This document shows, in pieces, positions 1-9,802 of a stretch of DNA of 64,000 nucleotides. A program made the position numbers and the translations under genes. The notes below the pieces were generated by a model, which did no database searches, was not told where the DNA came from, and saw only the letters and a list, made by a program, of their open reading frames with translations. How positions within the stretch are numbered: the first letter of the stretch is position 1; the number at the start of each line of letters is the position of its first letter. Source of the DNA: an uncultured Acidobacteriota bacterium (lineage in GTDB: Bacteria > Acidobacteriota > Thermoanaerobaculia > UBA5066); NCBI GenBank assembly GCA_963779415.1, contig CAVZYA010000001.1, positions 1,952,001 to 2,016,000 on the forward strand, given 5' to 3'.

Positions 1-2032
1 CGTCGCGGGGACGAGCATCGGCTCCATCATCGCCGGCCTCTATGCCACCGGCCTTTCTCCCGACGAGATGGAGAAGATCCTCAAGGAGACCGACTGGGAC
101 GCCGCCCTCGAGGACGACCCGTCGCGGAAGGAGATCTCGTACCGGCGGAAGGAGGACGACGACCTCTATCTCATCAAGGCCGAGCTCGGGTTCTCGCACG
201 GGAAGATGGTCCTTCCGACGGGCCTCCTCGCGGGAGAGAAGCTGGGCATCCTCCTCCGGAAGTTCACCCTCCCCTTCAGCGAGGTGCGCGACTTCGATGC
301 TTTTCCGATCCCGTACCGCGCCGTGGCGGCCGACCTCGCGACGGGAGACCCTGTCGTCCTCTCGAAGGGAGACATCGCCCGTTGCATGCGGGCGAGCATG
401 GCGATCGCGGGCTTCTTCAGCCCCGTGGAGCTGGACGGGAAGCTCCTGACGGACGGCGGCGCGGCCCGGAACCTCCCGGTCGACGTCGTCCGCGCGATGG
501 GAGCCGACATCGTCATCGCGATCGACATCTCGACCCCGCTCGAGCCGCAAGACAAGCTGACGAATCTCTTCGCGATCACGAACCAGACGATCGGCTTCCT
601 GACGCGCCTGAACGTCCTCCGGTCGATCGAGACGCTCGGGCCCCGCGACGTCCTGATCACGCCGAACCTCGAAGGGATCGGCACGACGAACTTCGACCAG
701 TTCCCCCTCGCGATCCCGCGCGGCACCGAGGCGGCCGAGAAGGCCTCCGACGCCCTCCGGGCCCTTTCCGTCTCCGAGGAGGAGTACGCCCTTTTCCTGA
801 AGAAGCAGCGCTACCCGCACCCGACCCCGAACGTCGACGCCGTGAAGGTCCGTCCGATTCCCGGAGTCGACCCGCGCGTCGTGGAGGCCCGCGTCGACTA
901 CACGAAGAAGGGGCCCGTCGACTGGAACGAGGTCGACCGGACGCTCGGGAACATCTACGAGCTGAACGATTTTTCGACGGTCGACTTCCGGATCATCCCG
1001 GTCGACGGCGTCTCGACGCTCGTCATCGAGCCGCGCCCGAAGGTCCCGGCGCCGACCCGCGTGAGGTTCGGCCTCCTTCTGAACACGGACTTCTCCGGTT
1101 CGAGCGCCTTCGCCCTCCGGGCCAGCGTCAACAAGACGCAGATGAACACCCTCCGCGGCGAATGGAAGACGCAGATCGAAATCGGGCTCTCGGACTACCT
1201 GACGACGCAGTGGTACCAGCCGCTCGACTATGCCGGGCGCTTCTTCGTCATGCCCTCCACCGGGATCCAGCGCCAGCCCTTCAACCTCTTCGTCGACCAG
1301 ACCGCCATCGGCCGCTATCTCGTCGACGACGTCTTCGTCGGATTCCAGGGAGGGATCTCCTTCGGCCCGATCGGCCAGCTCGCCGTCGGCCTCCAGAGGG
1401 ACTGGTACAAGTACAAGGAGAACATCTCGGCCTTCCCGGTTCCCGATTCCACCCAGAACCAGACGGCCTTCGTCGCCGAGCTCAACCTCGACCAGGTCGA
1501 CAGCGTGGCCTTCCCGCGCTCGGGCTGGCTGGCGAACGCACAGTTCATCTCGGCCGGCAGCGCCCTCGGGGGGGACTGGTCGTTCAACAGGCTCAACGCT
1601 CGAGGTGGCTGGGCGAAGAGCCTTTCGGAGTGGACGTTCGTTCTCTCCGCCAACGGCACCACCAAGATCGGCAAGAACAACCTCCCCTTCGTCGAGGCCG
1701 GATTTCTCGGCGGCTTCCTGAACCTGTCCGGCCTTCAGCCGCTCCAGCTCTGGGGAAATTACGCGGCGATTGGCCGGATCGTCGTTTACAAGCGTCTGAT
1801 CAGGCTTCCGTCGCTCGTTGGCTCGGGCGTCTTCGTCGGAGGATCGCTCGAGTCCGGAAACGCCTGGCTGACGTCGAGCGACATCCGCTGGGACAACCTC
1901 CGGTATGCGGGAAGCCTCTTCCTCGGCGCCGACACGTTTCTCGGCCCGCTCTATTTCTCCTACGGCATGGCCGACGGAGGAGACCACAGCTTCTATCTCG
2001 CGCTGGGTCTCCCGCTGGCGGTCTCCAGGTAA
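1..2032 (+). CDS. Patatin-like phospholipase with C-terminal Omp85-type barrel (PlpD-like), 5' end outside window
   Basis: Frame is open from base 2 and reads VAGTSIGS (G-x-S-x-G). DGG motif (LTDGGAARNLPVD), POTRA-like middle region, barrel-like C-terminus (ADTFLGPLYFSYG). Confidence 0.85.
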   Translation, partial: VAGTSIGSIIAGLYATGLSPDEMEKILKETDWDAALEDDPSRKEISYRRKEDDDLYLIKAELGFSHGKMVLPTGLLAGEKLGILLRKFTLPFSEVRDFDAFPIPYRAVAADLATGDPVVLSKGDIARCMRASMAIAGFFSPVELDGKLLTDGGAARNLPVDVVRAMGADIVIAIDISTPLEPQDKLTNLFAITNQTIGFLTRLNVLRSIETLGPRDVLITPNLEGIGTTNFDQFPLAIPRGTEAAEKASDALRALSVSEEEYALFLKKQRYPHPTPNVDAVKVRPIPGVDPRVVEARVDYTKKGPVDWNEVDRTLGNIYELNDFSTVDFRIIPVDGVSTLVIEPRPKVPAPTRVRFGLLLNTDFSGSSAFALRASVNKTQMNTLRGEWKTQIEIGLSDYLTTQWYQPLDYAGRFFVMPSTGIQRQPFNLFVDQTAIGRYLVDDVFVGFQGGISFGPIGQLAVGLQRDWYKYKENISAFPVPDSTQNQTAFVAELNLDQVDSVAFPRSGWLANAQFISAGSALGGDWSFNRLNARGGWAKSLSEWTFVLSANGTTKIGKNNLPFVEAGFLGGFLNLSGLQPLQLWGNYAAIGRIVVYKRLIRLPSLVGSGVFVGGSLESGNAWLTSSDIRWDNLRYAGSLFLGADTFLGPLYFSYGMADGGDHSFYLALGLPLAVSR

Positions 2033-2053
2033 TCCGGCGCTCCCTCGAGCCGG

Positions 2054-3565
2054 CTACTGGCTGCGCAGGCGGCTCTGCCGGATTCCGTAGACGAAGTAGA
2101 GGACGAGGCCGACGAGGAGCCAGAGGCCAAAGCGGATCCAGGTGATCCCCGGCAGCCCCTGCATCAGGAAGAGGCACATCAGGATCCCGAGGACCGGCGT
2201 CACCGGCGAGAACGGGACGCGGAACTTCCGCGGCCTCTCCGGCTCCCTCACCCTCAGGACGAGGATGCCGATCGCGACGAGAATGAAGGCGAAGAGCGTC
2301 CCGATGTTCGTCAGCTGGACGATCTCGTCGATGTTCGCGATGGCGGCGAAGAAAGCGACGAAGACCCCCGTCAGGATCGTCGTGACGTGCGGTGTCCGGT
2401 AGCGCGGATGGATCTTCGAGAACCAGGGGGAAAGGAGGCCGTCGCGCGACATCGCCATCAGGATTCGCGGCTGTCCGAGCTGGAAAACGAGGAGGACCGA
2501 CGTCATCGCGACGACGGCTCCGAAGGCGAGGAGACCCGCCGCCCAGTCCTGGTGGACGAAGGCGAACGCCGCCGCGAGGGGGTCGGCCACGCCGACGAGC
2601 TTCCCGAAGGGGATCATCCCGGTCAGGACGAGCGCGGCGGCGACATAGAGGACCGTGCAGACGCCGAGCGACGCGAGGATGCCGCGCGGCATGTCGCGGC
2701 CCGGGTCTCGGCATTCCTCGGCGGCGGTCGAGACCGCGTCGAATCCGATGTAGGCGAAGAAGATCAGCGACGCTCCGGTCCAGACGCCGTGGAAGCCCCC
2801 CGGAAAAAACGGCCTCCAGTGGGCGGGCTTCACCCAGAAGGCGCCGACGGTGATGAAGAAGAGGAGCGTCGCCAGCTTGAGGACGACGACGACGTTGTTG
2901 AAGCGCGCCGACTCCTTCACGCCGATGACGAGGATCCAGGTGATGAACGCCGTGATGCCGACGGCGAGGAGGTTGAAGACGACGGGGACCCCGCCAATGG
3001 TCGGGTGGGAGAGGTGCGCCTGGTAGGCGAGCGCGGACTCGGGTGACAGTGAGGCCACGCCCGATTCGGCGACGGCCTTCGCGGCGAAGATCGTGGAGCG
3101 ATAGTCGGTCGCGAGCCAGGGCGGAATCTGGAGTCCGAAGCCCGCGACGAGCTGGCGGAAGTAGGCCGCCCACGAGATCGCCACCGCGATGTTTCCGACC
3201 GCGTACTCGAGGATGAGGTCCCAGCCGATGATCCAGGCCACGAGCTCGCCGAGCGTCGCGTAGCTGTATGTGTACGCCGATCCCGCGACCGGGACGAGGC
3301 TCGCGAACTCCGCGTAGCAGAGGGCGCAGAAGCCGCAGGCGACCGCCGTCAGAAGGATCGACACGACGACGCCGGGGCCGGCCGGTGGCTGGCCCGTCCC
3401 GCCGGAGGTGGCGCTTCCGAGCGTCGCGAAGATCCCCGCGCCGATGATGGCGCCGATGCCGAGGGCCGTCAGGTCGACCCAGGTGAGGGTCTTCCGGAGG
3501 CCGTGCTCCTCGTCGCCCCCCTCGGCGATCAGGATGTCCAGCGGCTTTCGCCGGAAGAGCGACAT
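2054..3565 (-). CDS. APC-family amino acid permease
   Basis: GIGAIIGAGIF, CYAEFAS..PVAGSAYTY, FFAYIGFDAVSTAAEE; many TM segments. Confidence 0.92.
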   Translation of the reverse strand: MSLFRRKPLDILIAEGGDEEHGLRKTLTWVDLTALGIGAIIGAGIFATLGSATSGGTGQPPAGPGVVVSILLTAVACGFCALCYAEFASLVPVAGSAYTYSYATLGELVAWIIGWDLILEYAVGNIAVAISWAAYFRQLVAGFGLQIPPWLATDYRSTIFAAKAVAESGVASLSPESALAYQAHLSHPTIGGVPVVFNLLAVGITAFITWILVIGVKESARFNNVVVVLKLATLLFFITVGAFWVKPAHWRPFFPGGFHGVWTGASLIFFAYIGFDAVSTAAEECRDPGRDMPRGILASLGVCTVLYVAAALVLTGMIPFGKLVGVADPLAAAFAFVHQDWAAGLLAFGAVVAMTSVLLVFQLGQPRILMAMSRDGLLSPWFSKIHPRYRTPHVTTILTGVFVAFFAAIANIDEIVQLTNIGTLFAFILVAIGILVLRVREPERPRKFRVPFSPVTPVLGILMCLFLMQGLPGITWIRFGLWLLVGLVLYFVYGIRQSRLRSQ

Positions 3566-3598
3566 GCGGAGCCTCCTCGTCCCGGAACCGGCCGGAGT

Positions 3599-4336
3599 CT
3601 AGCGGCTCGCGCCCGGCATCGCTCTTCCGCCCGGAAGGACCCGATCGAGGACGCCGTCGAGCGAGGAGACGGACTCGATCCCCGCGGGAGCCCGACCCGA
3701 CCGGTCGACGAGAAGCGCTCGGAGCCCGGCCCCGCGGGCGCCGTGATAGTCGTCGTGGAGCGAATCGCCGACGTGCAGGGCCTCGGCATGGTCGACGCCC
3801 GCGAGCCGGACCGCCTCGTCGAAGATGGCGCGCCCCGGCTTGCTCGCTCCGAAGAGCGCCGAGACGAGGATGCCGTCGAAATACGGCGTGAGCCCCAGCT
3901 CCGCGAGGAGGGGGGGAAGGGAGGAATCCCAGTTGCTGACGACGAGGAGCCGGACCCCGCCGGAGCGGAGCGCCGAAAGGACGCCGGGCACCTCCGCGTA
4001 AACGCGCCAGTGGGCGGCACTCCTGAAGTGACGGACGAGGCCCGCAAGCAGGTCGTCCGGGAGAACGCCGCCCCCCGCACGCTCGAAGACCTCGGCCACG
4101 AACCGGCGCCAGAAATGCGATTCGCCCCCGCCGATCGACCACCCCTCCTCGCCGCGCGCACGCCGCGCCGCCACGTCCCGCCAGGTCTCGAGGACGGCTT
4201 CCTCCACGGTCTCCTCCGATGCCGAGACCCCCCAGGCCGCGAAGGTGTCCCGGTAGACCGAGACGACCGGCGGGTCGGCCTCGAGGAGCGTCTGTCCCGC
4301 GTCGAAGAAGACGGCCCGGACCCCGGAACCGTTCAG
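3599..4336 (-). CDS. HAD-superfamily hydrolase (HAD-IA)
   Basis: Motifs FDAGQTL, VVSNWD, SKP, HVGDSLHDD. Start uncertain; placed at the CTG overlapping the upstream stop. Confidence 0.85.
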   Translation of the reverse strand: MNGSGVRAVFFDAGQTLLEADPPVVSVYRDTFAAWGVSASEETVEEAVLETWRDVAARRARGEEGWSIGGGESHFWRRFVAEVFERAGGGVLPDDLLAGLVRHFRSAAHWRVYAEVPGVLSALRSGGVRLLVVSNWDSSLPPLLAELGLTPYFDGILVSALFGASKPGRAIFDEAVRLAGVDHAEALHVGDSLHDDYHGARGAGLRALLVDRSGRAPAGIESVSSLDGVLDRVLPGGRAMPGASR

Positions 4337-5112
4337 GGCATCACCTGCCCGCCGTCGATGACGATCGCCTGACCGGTCACGTTCCGTGCGTCGTCCGAGG
4401 CGAGATAGGCGACGAGGGCGGCGATCTCCTCCGGCGCGAGGACCTCCCCGAGGGGCGCCATCTTCCCGGCCATGGCGAAAGCCTCCTCCTCGTTGACGCC
4501 CGCCTGCTTGCCGAATCCGCGGATCCCGTGACGCCCCATTTCCGTGTCGACCCAGCCGGGGCAGACGGCGTTCACCGTGATCTTCCGCGGCGCCAGCTCC
4601 AGCGCCAATGCCCGCGTCAGGCCGACGACGCCATGCTTCGATGCGCAGTAGGCGCCGTTCAGGGCCACGCCGAACCGTCCCGTGACGGACGAGAGGTTCA
4701 CGATCCGCCCGCCGTCGGCCAGAAACGGGAACGCCGCGCGGCAGACGCGCCACGTCCCCGTCAGGTTTACCTCGAGGAGCCGCGCCCACCCTTCGTCGGA
4801 GCGTGCATCGCCGCCGAGCGGCGTGATTCCCCCGATCCCGGCGTTGTTGACGAGCAGATCGAGTCGGCGGCTCGGTCGGGCGGCGCGCTCGACGCCCGTC
4901 GCCACCGAAGCGGGATCGGTCACGTCGAGAAGGACGGCGATTCCGTCGCCTCCCGCAGCTCTTATCGCGGCCAGGACCTCTTCCCCGTCCTCTTCCCGCC
5001 GGACGCCGGCGGCGACGTGGGCTCCTTCAGTCGCGAGGCGGACCGCGATGGCGAGACCGATCCCGCGCGAGGCGCCGGTGACCAGGGCGTTCTTGCCGGA
5101 GAGAGATTTCAT
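4333..5112 (-). CDS. SDR family NAD(P)-dependent oxidoreductase
   Basis: TGASRGIG, NNAG, YCASK, VNAVCPGWVDT. Confidence 0.92.
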   Translation of the reverse strand: MKSLSGKNALVTGASRGIGLAIAVRLATEGAHVAAGVRREEDGEEVLAAIRAAGGDGIAVLLDVTDPASVATGVERAARPSRRLDLLVNNAGIGGITPLGGDARSDEGWARLLEVNLTGTWRVCRAAFPFLADGGRIVNLSSVTGRFGVALNGAYCASKHGVVGLTRALALELAPRKITVNAVCPGWVDTEMGRHGIRGFGKQAGVNEEEAFAMAGKMAPLGEVLAPEEIAALVAYLASDDARNVTGQAIVIDGGQVMP

Positions 5113-5174
5113 CGTTCCGTCCCTTCGCCGGCGGATTCTATGAGCGCCGGCACCGGGGCCGGTAAGATTTGGCC

Positions 5175-5417
5175 ATGCGCGTCGACATCCTTCTCTTCGC
5201 GTCTCTCAAGGACGAGGTCGGGCCCGCCTTCGCCGTCGAGGTCGGAGAGCCCGCCACCGTCGCCGACCTCCGGCTCGCCCTCGAGGCTGCGCACCCCGCC
5301 TTCGCCCGCTTCGGCCGCCGAGCCATGGTCGCCGTCAACGAGGCCTACGCTCGCGAAGACGATCCCGTCCGGCCGGGAGATGCCGTGGCTCTTCTCCCTC
5401 CCGTGGCGGGCGGCTGA
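5175..5417 (+). CDS. moaD: Molybdopterin synthase sulfur carrier (MoaD/ThiS)
   Basis: 80 aa, LFASLKD, VAVNEAY, C-terminal PPVAGG. Confidence 0.9.
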   Translation: MRVDILLFASLKDEVGPAFAVEVGEPATVADLRLALEAAHPAFARFGRRAMVAVNEAYAREDDPVRPGDAVALLPPVAGG

Positions 5418-5419
5418 GT

Positions 5420-6181
5420 TCAGGCCAGCTTCAGATCCTCGGCCAGGAGCGCGTAGTCGACGGCGCCGCGCGAGGTCGGATCCCATTCGAAGACGGTCTT
5501 CCCGGCGGAGGGAGCCTCCGCGAGGTCGACGTTGATCCGGATCGGGCTCAGGATCCGCGTGAAACGCCCGCGCAGCGTCTCGAGAAGCATCTCGGAGACG
5601 GCGACGCGAAGGTCGTGAAACGTCGGGAGGACCCCCGCGATCTTCAGGGGCCGGCCGCGGTCCTCCCCCTGTTTGCGGGCGAAGACGCTCGTCCGCTCCA
5701 GCGCGGGGAGCGAGAGATAGTCGAGCTTCGCCGGGAGGATCAGCTCGTCAGCCGCCCGTAAGGCGTTCTGGAGGAGAAGCGAGGCAGCCGGCGGAGAATC
5801 GAAGAGGATGACGTCGTAGCCGAAGGTCTTCTCGTCCGAGAGCCGCTTCGCAAGCCGGTTCCTCCTCTTCTCCTTCCCCTTCTCGTGCAGCGTCTCCTCG
5901 GCTTCGAGGAGCCCGTCCCCGGACGTCACGACGTGGAGATTCTCGCGGCCGGAGTCGAGAATAACCTCCTCGAAGGACGCGTCGCCGAGGATCCACGCAT
6001 CGAGCCCCTTCTTCGCGTCGAGACCCAGGGACGTCGCGACGCCCCCCTGCGGGTCGACGTCGACGAGAAGCGTCCGACGGCCGGCTCTCGCGGCCGCGGC
6101 CGCGAGATTCACGGCCGTCGTCGTCTTTCCGACGCCCCCCTTGAGCGCCGTCACGGCGATGACCCGACGTCCCCGCCCCAT
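5420..6181 (-). CDS. ParA/Soj family ATPase
   Basis: Deviant Walker A KGGVGKTT, VDVDPQG, DSPP, LAEAPSAG. Confidence 0.9.
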   Translation of the reverse strand: MGRGRRVIAVTALKGGVGKTTTAVNLAAAAARAGRRTLLVDVDPQGGVATSLGLDAKKGLDAWILGDASFEEVILDSGRENLHVVTSGDGLLEAEETLHEKGKEKRRNRLAKRLSDEKTFGYDVILFDSPPAASLLLQNALRAADELILPAKLDYLSLPALERTSVFARKQGEDRGRPLKIAGVLPTFHDLRVAVSEMLLETLRGRFTRILSPIRINVDLAEAPSAGKTVFEWDPTSRGAVDYALLAEDLKLA

Positions 6182-6218
6182 CGCGACTCCTCCGGCGGAG
6201 CGGTCTTATCATGGATTC

Positions 6219-6653
6219 GTGTCCTTTCTGACGGATCAGCCGATCGATCCCGCGGCGCTCCTCGCTTCGGTACGCCGTTCTTCCGACGGCGGGATCGCCA
6301 TGTTCGTCGGCGTCGTCCGGGATCGAAACGACGGGCGGACCGTGACGCGTCTCGAGTACGAGTCGTACGGGCCGATGGCCGAGAAGGAAATGGCGAAGAT
6401 CGCGGGCGAGCTCGAAGCAGCCCACCCGGAAGCGCGTCTCCTGATGCAGCACCGCGTCGGATCTCTTTCGATCGGGGAAGTGGCGGTCGTCGTCGTCGCG
6501 TCGGCGCCACACCGGGGGGAGGCATTCGCCGCCTGCCGGGACGGAATCGAGCGGATCAAGGCCCGGGTTCCGATCTGGAAACGGGAGCATGGTCCCCTCG
6601 GGGCCGCCTGGGTCGACCCGTGTCAGGCTGCGCCCCCGGACGAAACTGATTGA
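6219..6653 (+). CDS. moaE: Molybdopterin synthase catalytic subunit
   Basis: FVGVVRD, LEYESY, HRVGSL, SAPHR, KARVPIWKRE; GTG start at 6219 inferred. Confidence 0.92.
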   Translation: MSFLTDQPIDPAALLASVRRSSDGGIAMFVGVVRDRNDGRTVTRLEYESYGPMAEKEMAKIAGELEAAHPEARLLMQHRVGSLSIGEVAVVVVASAPHRGEAFAACRDGIERIKARVPIWKREHGPLGAAWVDPCQAAPPDETD

Positions 6654-6678
6654 AAAGTCAGGGACTTCCCTCTATAAT
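6650..6678 (+). promoter_or_regulatory. Near-consensus sigma70 promoter for the VOC-family gene
   Basis: TTGAAA (6650-6655), 17 bp spacer, TATAAT (6673-6678) in a high-GC background. Confidence 0.7.
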
Positions 6679-6746
6679 CCCGCGTTCGGTAGACCCCACC
6701 TCCCCTTCGCCGAAAGGGACGAGATTCCAGGCGAGGAGAAGCGTTT

Positions 6747-7352
6747 ATGTTCTTGGCACTGAGGCGGATCCAGGTTTTCGCCAGCGATTTCCCACGCTCG
6801 CGCCGGTTTTACGGTGAAACGATGGGGCTGCCGGAGACTGCCGGTTTCGAGAATGACTGGGTCGAGTTCGGCCTCGGGCCGATCCTTCTCAAGCTGACGC
6901 CGCTCCGGCCGGGGGAAGTATCGTCCCGCAACCAGGTGGCCGGCGTCTTCTCGACGGCGAACCTCGACGCCACGCTCACGACCCTCAAGGAAAAAGGGGT
7001 GACGGTCACGCGCCCCCCGGCCGACGAGTTCACGGGGCGCTCGGCGGAGATTCTCGACCCCGACGGTTACCGGATCATCGTCTTCCAGCCCTCGGATCTT
7101 CACCCGGACGAGGAGTGGGTCCCGACCTCGAAGGTGGACGAGATGGTCCGCCACAGGCTCGCGGTGCGTCGCCAGCGCGAGAAGTCGAAAGGCTCGCGAA
7201 AGAGCGCTCCGAAAAAGAAGGCGTCGCCGAAAAAACCGGCGCCGAAGAAGCGCGCCAAGAAGAAGGCGGCCCCGAAGAGAGCTGCCCCCAAGAAAAAGGC
7301 CCGCTCTCCGGTCCGAAAGGCGGCGAAGAAAAAGACCGGCAGGAAGCGCTGA
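6747..7352 (+). CDS. VOC/glyoxalase domain protein with Lys/Ala/Pro-rich histone-H1-like tail
   Basis: RRFYGETMGL and ILDPDGYRI VOC motifs; tail of KKAAPK-type repeats. Confidence 0.8.
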   Translation: MFLALRRIQVFASDFPRSRRFYGETMGLPETAGFENDWVEFGLGPILLKLTPLRPGEVSSRNQVAGVFSTANLDATLTTLKEKGVTVTRPPADEFTGRSAEILDPDGYRIIVFQPSDLHPDEEWVPTSKVDEMVRHRLAVRRQREKSKGSRKSAPKKKASPKKPAPKKRAKKKAAPKRAAPKKKARSPVRKAAKKKTGRKR

Positions 7353-7407
7353 GGGTGTTAGCCGGATTCTCCTAGCGACACTTCCAAGGGAACGAAGGAG
7401 AGTCACG

Positions 7408-8520
7408 ATGCCCCTCGAACTTCAGATGAACGCCCGCCAAGAGCAGCCTGCCATCGTACGAGCCCGGTTCCTTCCTCTTTCCTTCGCCGGCGTCGTGGCT
7501 CTCCTTCTCCTTGCCCTCGCCGCGCCGCCGCTCGCCGCGCAGCCATCCCTCGGCCCGACGATGCCGGGTTTCCTGGGGCCTCCGGTCAAGGCTCCCTCCG
7601 TTGAAGGCTTCGTCACGTCGGTCGACGGGAACGTCCTGACCCTTCTCGGAACCGCTCTCCTCCGCGTCGACATTACGGGCGCGACGATCATCTCGGCGGA
7701 TACCGCCGGAGGCACGCCACCTCCGATCGCCCCCGGAGCCTACGTCGTGGCCATCGTGCAGCTTTCCGATCTCCCCCCTTCCATGAGCCTCGTCCCGGCT
7801 CCCTTCAAGGCGAGTTCGGTGTCCGTCCGTCCCGCCACCACGGCCATCCTCGACGGAACAATCGAGGGCGTGGACTCGAACAGCTTCTCCCTTCTCTACC
7901 GGACGGTTCTCGTCGACGAGAACACCGTCTTCTCCGGCTACGGCTCCGGCGGCGCGGTTCATGGCCTCTCCGACCTGAAGACCGGGATGCAGGCGACGGC
8001 GTGGGTCGTCGTGTCGAGCGACGGCCTCCTGGCGAAGAAGGTCGTGGCTTACGGCTCGTTCGTCGTGCCGAAGCCGGTGTCGTTCCGCGGCGTCGTGAAG
8101 TCGATCGCCTCGGACACCTGGAAGATCGACGACAAGACGGTCGGAGTGACCCCGGAGACGAAGGTCATCGGCGCCCCGAACGTCGGCGACACCGTCGACG
8201 TCCTCGCTTACGACACCTCCGGGACCCTGACCGCCCTGATGATCTCGAAGGTCGCTCCGGTTCCGATACCGGTTCCGGGCCGCACGTTCACGTTCGACGG
8301 CACGGTCCAGTGGATGCCGACAACCGGTACGATCGGCCTCTGGAAGATCGGGGACCGGACCGTGATCGTCACCGGCCTCACGACCATCAGCGGGAACCCG
8401 GTCGTGGGGAGCCTCGTGACGGTGACGGGATACGCGACGCCGTCTCCCCTGGCGCCCGGTCAGGCCTTCACCCCTGCCTCGGTCCCGATCGTCGCCACGA
8501 GCATCGTCACGACGTCCTGA
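7408..8520 (+). CDS. Secreted DUF5666-repeat protein
   Basis: Signal peptide followed by four OB-like repeats (EGFVTSVDG, DGTIEGVDS, RGVVKSIAS, DGTVQWM; V..T.I.G...VG..V.V). Start uncertain. Confidence 0.7.
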   Translation: MPLELQMNARQEQPAIVRARFLPLSFAGVVALLLLALAAPPLAAQPSLGPTMPGFLGPPVKAPSVEGFVTSVDGNVLTLLGTALLRVDITGATIISADTAGGTPPPIAPGAYVVAIVQLSDLPPSMSLVPAPFKASSVSVRPATTAILDGTIEGVDSNSFSLLYRTVLVDENTVFSGYGSGGAVHGLSDLKTGMQATAWVVVSSDGLLAKKVVAYGSFVVPKPVSFRGVVKSIASDTWKIDDKTVGVTPETKVIGAPNVGDTVDVLAYDTSGTLTALMISKVAPVPIPVPGRTFTFDGTVQWMPTTGTIGLWKIGDRTVIVTGLTTISGNPVVGSLVTVTGYATPSPLAPGQAFTPASVPIVATSIVTTS

Positions 8521-8607
8521 CGGCCCCCCGGATTTCCGGCTCCTCTCCCGCTCTTCTCGCGCGGACCCTCGCCGGTCCGCGCGAGACGTTTGCGCTAACC
8601 TCGGCGC

Positions 8608-9795
8608 ATGGACACGACGCTCGTCGACTGGTGCGCCTCCGAGGTCGCCTCCCTCCGTGCCGCCGGCACCTACAAGAAGGAACGGATACTCGAAAGTCCG
8701 ACGGGGGCCCGCATCCGCGTCGACGGGCGCGACGTTCTGATGCTCACGTCCAACAACTACCTCGGCTTTGCGAATCACCCCCGCATCGTCGAGGCGGCGC
8801 GGAACGCCGTGAGCCGGTGGGGAAACGGCCTCGGCTCGGTCCGCTTCATCTGCGGGACGCAGCAGCTCCACAAGGAGCTGGAGGCGACGATCTCCCGATT
8901 CTTCGGGACGGACGACACGATCCTCTACATGTCGTGCTGGAACGCGAACGAGGGGCTCTTCCAGCCGCTCCTCCTGGAAGAGGACGCCATCCTGACCGAC
9001 GCCTTGAACCACGCTTCCATCATCGACGGCATCCGGCTCTGCAAGGCGAAGCGCTTCGTCGTCCCGCACGGCGACCTCGCCGCTTTCGAGAAGGCGCTCG
9101 CCGACGCTCAGGGCTGCCGACGGCGCCTTCTGATAACGGACGGCGTCTTCTCGATGGAAGGGGAGACCGGGCCGCTCCGTCAGCTCGCCGACCTCTGCGA
9201 CCGGTACGCCACGACGCTCGTCGTCGACGACTCGCATGCGACCGGAGTCCTCGGGGCGACCGGGCGCGGGACGGCCGAGCACCTCGGCGTCGTGGACCGC
9301 ATTTCGATCCACACCTCGACGCTCGGCAAGGCGATGGGCTCGGCGGCGGGCGGGTTCGTCACCGGCCCGGGTCCCGTCGTCGAGCTCCTCCGCCAGCGCT
9401 CCCGGACGACGCTTTTCTCGAACTCGCTCCCGCCCGCCGTCGCGGGCTCGTCGCTCGAGGCGTTCCGGATGCTGATGGAGGACCCGTCGCCCGTCCGGAA
9501 GCTCCAGGCCAACGCCGCCACCTTCCGGTCGCGGATGAAGGCGGCGGGCTTCACGATCCCCGAGGGAATTCACCCGATCGTCCCCGTCATCGTGGGCGAC
9601 ACCGCAAAGGCGCTCGCCATGTCCGATGCCCTCTTCTCGAGAGGGGTCTACGTCTCGGGGTTCGGCTTCCCGGTCGTCCCCCAGGGGCACGCGCGGCTTC
9701 GATGCCAGATTTCGGCGGTCCACACCGACGTCGATCTCGACGAGGCCGTGGAGGCCTTCAAGGTCGTCGGGCGCGAATTCGGCGTGATCCGTTAG
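8608..9795 (+). CDS. kbl: Glycine C-acetyltransferase (2-amino-3-ketobutyrate CoA ligase), copy 1
   Basis: SNNYLG, SVRFICGT, LNHASIIDG, TDGVFSMEG, DDSHATG, STLGKA (PLP lysine). Confidence 0.9.
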   Translation: MDTTLVDWCASEVASLRAAGTYKKERILESPTGARIRVDGRDVLMLTSNNYLGFANHPRIVEAARNAVSRWGNGLGSVRFICGTQQLHKELEATISRFFGTDDTILYMSCWNANEGLFQPLLLEEDAILTDALNHASIIDGIRLCKAKRFVVPHGDLAAFEKALADAQGCRRRLLITDGVFSMEGETGPLRQLADLCDRYATTLVVDDSHATGVLGATGRGTAEHLGVVDRISIHTSTLGKAMGSAAGGFVTGPGPVVELLRQRSRTTLFSNSLPPAVAGSSLEAFRMLMEDPSPVRKLQANAATFRSRMKAAGFTIPEGIHPIVPVIVGDTAKALAMSDALFSRGVYVSGFGFPVVPQGHARLRCQISAVHTDVDLDEAVEAFKVVGREFGVIR

Positions 9796-9802
9796 CCGGC
9801 GT

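Noticed and set aside
7195-7345. Repetitive AAG-rich DNA as CRISPR or satellite
   Set aside because: Explained by Lys/Ala codons; no repeat-spacer periodicity. No CRISPR array or cas gene was seen in the window.
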